Source: Mustelus asterias (lineage: Eukaryota). Taken from it: a stretch of 64,000 bases of DNA. Under the pieces are notes generated by a model, which was not told where the DNA came from, did no database searches, and was given only the letters and a program-made list of their open reading frames with translations. Positions 61,250 to 64,000 of the stretch are shown in pieces. The position numbers and the translations under genes are program-made. The first letter of the stretch is position 1. The number at the start of each line of letters is the position of its first letter. The DNA is taken from NCBI RefSeq assembly GCF_964213995.1, contig NC_135825.1:12400001-12464000 (forward strand), written 5' to 3'.

Positions 61250-64000
61250 TCGTAGAAGTTTACTGCCTGGAAATAGGCCCTTCGGCCCAACTTGTCCATG
61301 CCGCCTCTTTTTTTAACCACTAAGCGATTCCCAATTGCCTGCATTTGGCCCATATCCTGTTTTACCCATCATACCCATGTAACTGTCTCGATGCTTTTTA
61401 AAAGACAAAATTGTAACCTGCCTCTACTACTACTTCTGGCAGCTTGTTCCAGGCACTCACCACATTCTGTGTGAAAAACATTGCCCCTCTGGACACTTTT
61501 GTATCTCTCCGTCTCACCTTAAACTTCTGCCCCCTAGTTTTAGACTCCCCTAACTTTTGGGAAAAGATATTGGCTATCTAGCTGATCTGTGCCTCTCATT
61601 ATTTTAGAGACCTCTATAAGATCACTCCTCAGCCTTCTAAGCTCCAGAGAAAAAAGTCCCAGTCTATCCAGCCTCTCCTTATAATTCAAACCGTCAATTC
61701 CCGGCAGCACCCTGCTAAATCTTTTCTGCACTCTTTCTCGTTTAATAATGTCCTTACTGTAGTAGGGTGACCAAAACTGTACACAGCATTCCAAGTGTGG
61801 CCTTACCAAGAACTTCAACTTCAACAGGACGTCCCAACTCCTGTATTCAATGTTCTGACCAATGAAACCAAGCATGTCAAATGCCTTCTTCACCACTCTG
61901 TCCACCTGTGCCTCCACTTTCAAGGAGCTATGAATCTATACCCCCAGATGCCTTTGTTCAATCACCCTCCCCTTCGCCCGACTGTTAACTGAGTAAGTCC
62001 TGCCCTGGTTCGATCGACCAAAATGCATCACCTCACATTTATCTAAATTAAATTCCATCTGCCATTCATCAGCCCACTGGCCCAAGTGATCAAGATCCCA
62101 TTGCAATCCTAGATAACCTTCTTCTCTGTCCACTATGCCACCAATCTTGGTGTCATCTCCAAACTTACTAACCATGCCTCCTAAATTCTCATCCAAATCA
62201 TTAATATAAATGACAAACAACAGTGGACCCAGCACCGATCCCTGAGGTACACCGCTGGTCACAGGCCTCCAGTTTGAAAAACAACCCTCTACAACCACCC
62301 TCTTCTGTCTTCTGTCTTCTGTCATCAAGCCAATTTTGTACCCATTTGGCTACCTCACCCTGGATCCCGTGTGATTTAACCTCATGTAACAACCTACCAT
62401 GCGGTACCTTGTCAAAGGCCTTACTAAAGTCCATGTAGACAACATCAACTGCACTGCCATCATCTACCTTCTTGGTTACCTCTTTCAAAAACTCAATCAA
62501 ATTGGGGCGGCAAGGTGGCACAGTGGTTAGCACTGAGGCCTCACAGCGCTGGGGACCCAGGTTCAATTCCGGCCTCGGGTCGCTGTCTGTGTGTTGTTTG
62601 CATGTTCTCCCCGTGTCTGTGTGGGTTTCCTCCGGGTGCTCTGGTTTCCTCCTACAGTCTAAAGATGTACGGGTTAGGTGCATTGGCCATGCTAAATTGA
62701 CCCTAATGTCAGGGGGATTAGCAGGGTAAATGTGTGGGGTTATGGGAATAGGGCCTGGGTGGGATTGTGGTCGGTACAGACTCGATGGGCCGAATTGTCT
62801 CCTTCTCTACTGCAGGGGTTCTATGATTCTATGAAATTTGTGAGACAGGATTTTCCTCTCACAAAGCCATGCTGACTGTCCCTGATCTGTCCTGGTTTCT
62901 CTAACTGCCTGTAGATCCTGTCTTTCAGAATATCTTCTAAAAACCTACCCACTACAGATGTGAATCTCACCAGCCTGCAGTTCCCAGGCTTTTCCCTGCA
63001 GCCCTTTTTAAACAAAGGCACAGCATTTGCCACCCTCCAATCTTCAGGCATCTCAGTTGTGGCTGTCGATGGTTCAAATATCTCTGCAAGGGGACCTGCA
63101 ATTACCTCCCTAGCCTCCCACAATGTCCTGGGATACACTTCATCAGGTCCCAGGGATTTATCTACTTGGTGCGCTTTAAGACTTCCAGCACCTCCTTCTC
63201 TATTATATGTACACTCCTCAAGACATCACTATTTATTTCCCCAAGTTCCCTAACATACATGCTTTTCTCAACAGTAAATATTGATGAGAAATATTCATTT
63301 AGGATCTCACCCATCTCTTGTGGATTCGCACATCGATGACCTTGTTGATCCTTAAGAGGCCCTACTCTCTCCCTAGTTACTCTTTTTCCCTTTATATATT
63401 TGTCGACGCTCTTTGGATTCTCCTTTGCCTTGTCTGCCAAAGCAATCTCGTGTCCCCTTTTTGTTCTCCTGATTTCTCTCTTAACACTACTCCGACACTC
63501 TCCATACTCTTCAAGGGATCCACTTGATTCCAGCTGCCTGTGCATGTCATATGCCTCCTTCTTCTTCTTGACCAGGGCCTCATCCAGGGTTCCCTAATTC
63601 TACCAGCCTTGTCCTTCACTCTAAGAAGAATGTGCTTACCCTGAATTCTGGTTAACACACTCTTGAAAGCTTCCCACTTACCAGGCATCCCTTTGCCTGC
63701 CTACAGACTCCCCCAATTAACTTTTGAAAGTTCCTGCCTGACACCATCATAATTGGCTTTGTCCCAATTTAGAATTTTAACTTTTGGGCTCGATCTATCA
63801 TTCTCCATAGCTATCTTATAACTAATGGAATTATGGTCACTGGTCCCAAAGTGATCCCCCAATAACACTTCTGTCACCTGTCCTTCCTTATTTCCCAAGA
63901 GGAGTTCGGGTTTTGCCACCTCTCTAGTCAGGCCATCCACATACTGAATGAGAAATTCCTCCTGAATACACTCAACAAATTTATCTCCATCCAAGCTTAT
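61250..64000 (-). mobile_element. Degenerate CR1 LINE running off the window, with a nested HE1 SINE (62504-62833, +, TSD AAATT)
   Basis: ORFs 63701-63994 (SDHNS), 62821-63138, 61936-62328 ([16 protein letters not shown]) and 61540-61923. Confidence 0.93.

Overview
Eukaryotic (vertebrate) genomic DNA, almost certainly from a cartilaginous fish (shark-type HE1 V-SINEs, HER1/CR1 LINEs, Rex1, Penelope and Harbinger-type repeats). The window holds two tandem + strand immunoglobulin-superfamily receptor genes built from a CD300/pIgR/TREM-type V domain and a C2-type Ig domain (MDIR/CMRF35-like). Gene B (43177-58202) reconstructs completely: leader, V, C2, Ser/Thr stalk, TM and short tail, 299 aa, all splice phases compatible. 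Gene A (8592-33983; leader not in the window) has three V-C2 units before one stalk/TM/tail set. Its second C2 exon is truncated and joined to a solo LTR, and a relic fifth V-exon end lies in the V3-C3 intron. Both TM segments carry an 'NVIRWGL' arginine motif like FcR-gamma-coupled activating receptors, and both tails lack tyrosines. The rest is mostly transposable elements: a decayed class III/spuma-like endogenous retrovirus (about 960-5900), a near-intact CR1 with a tandem 5' monomer, further CR1/Rex1/Penelope/LTR/SINE/DNA-transposon copies, a 5S rRNA retrocopy, two inverted duplications and a 147-nt N gap. Repeat boundaries are approximate unless a TSD or TIR is quoted.
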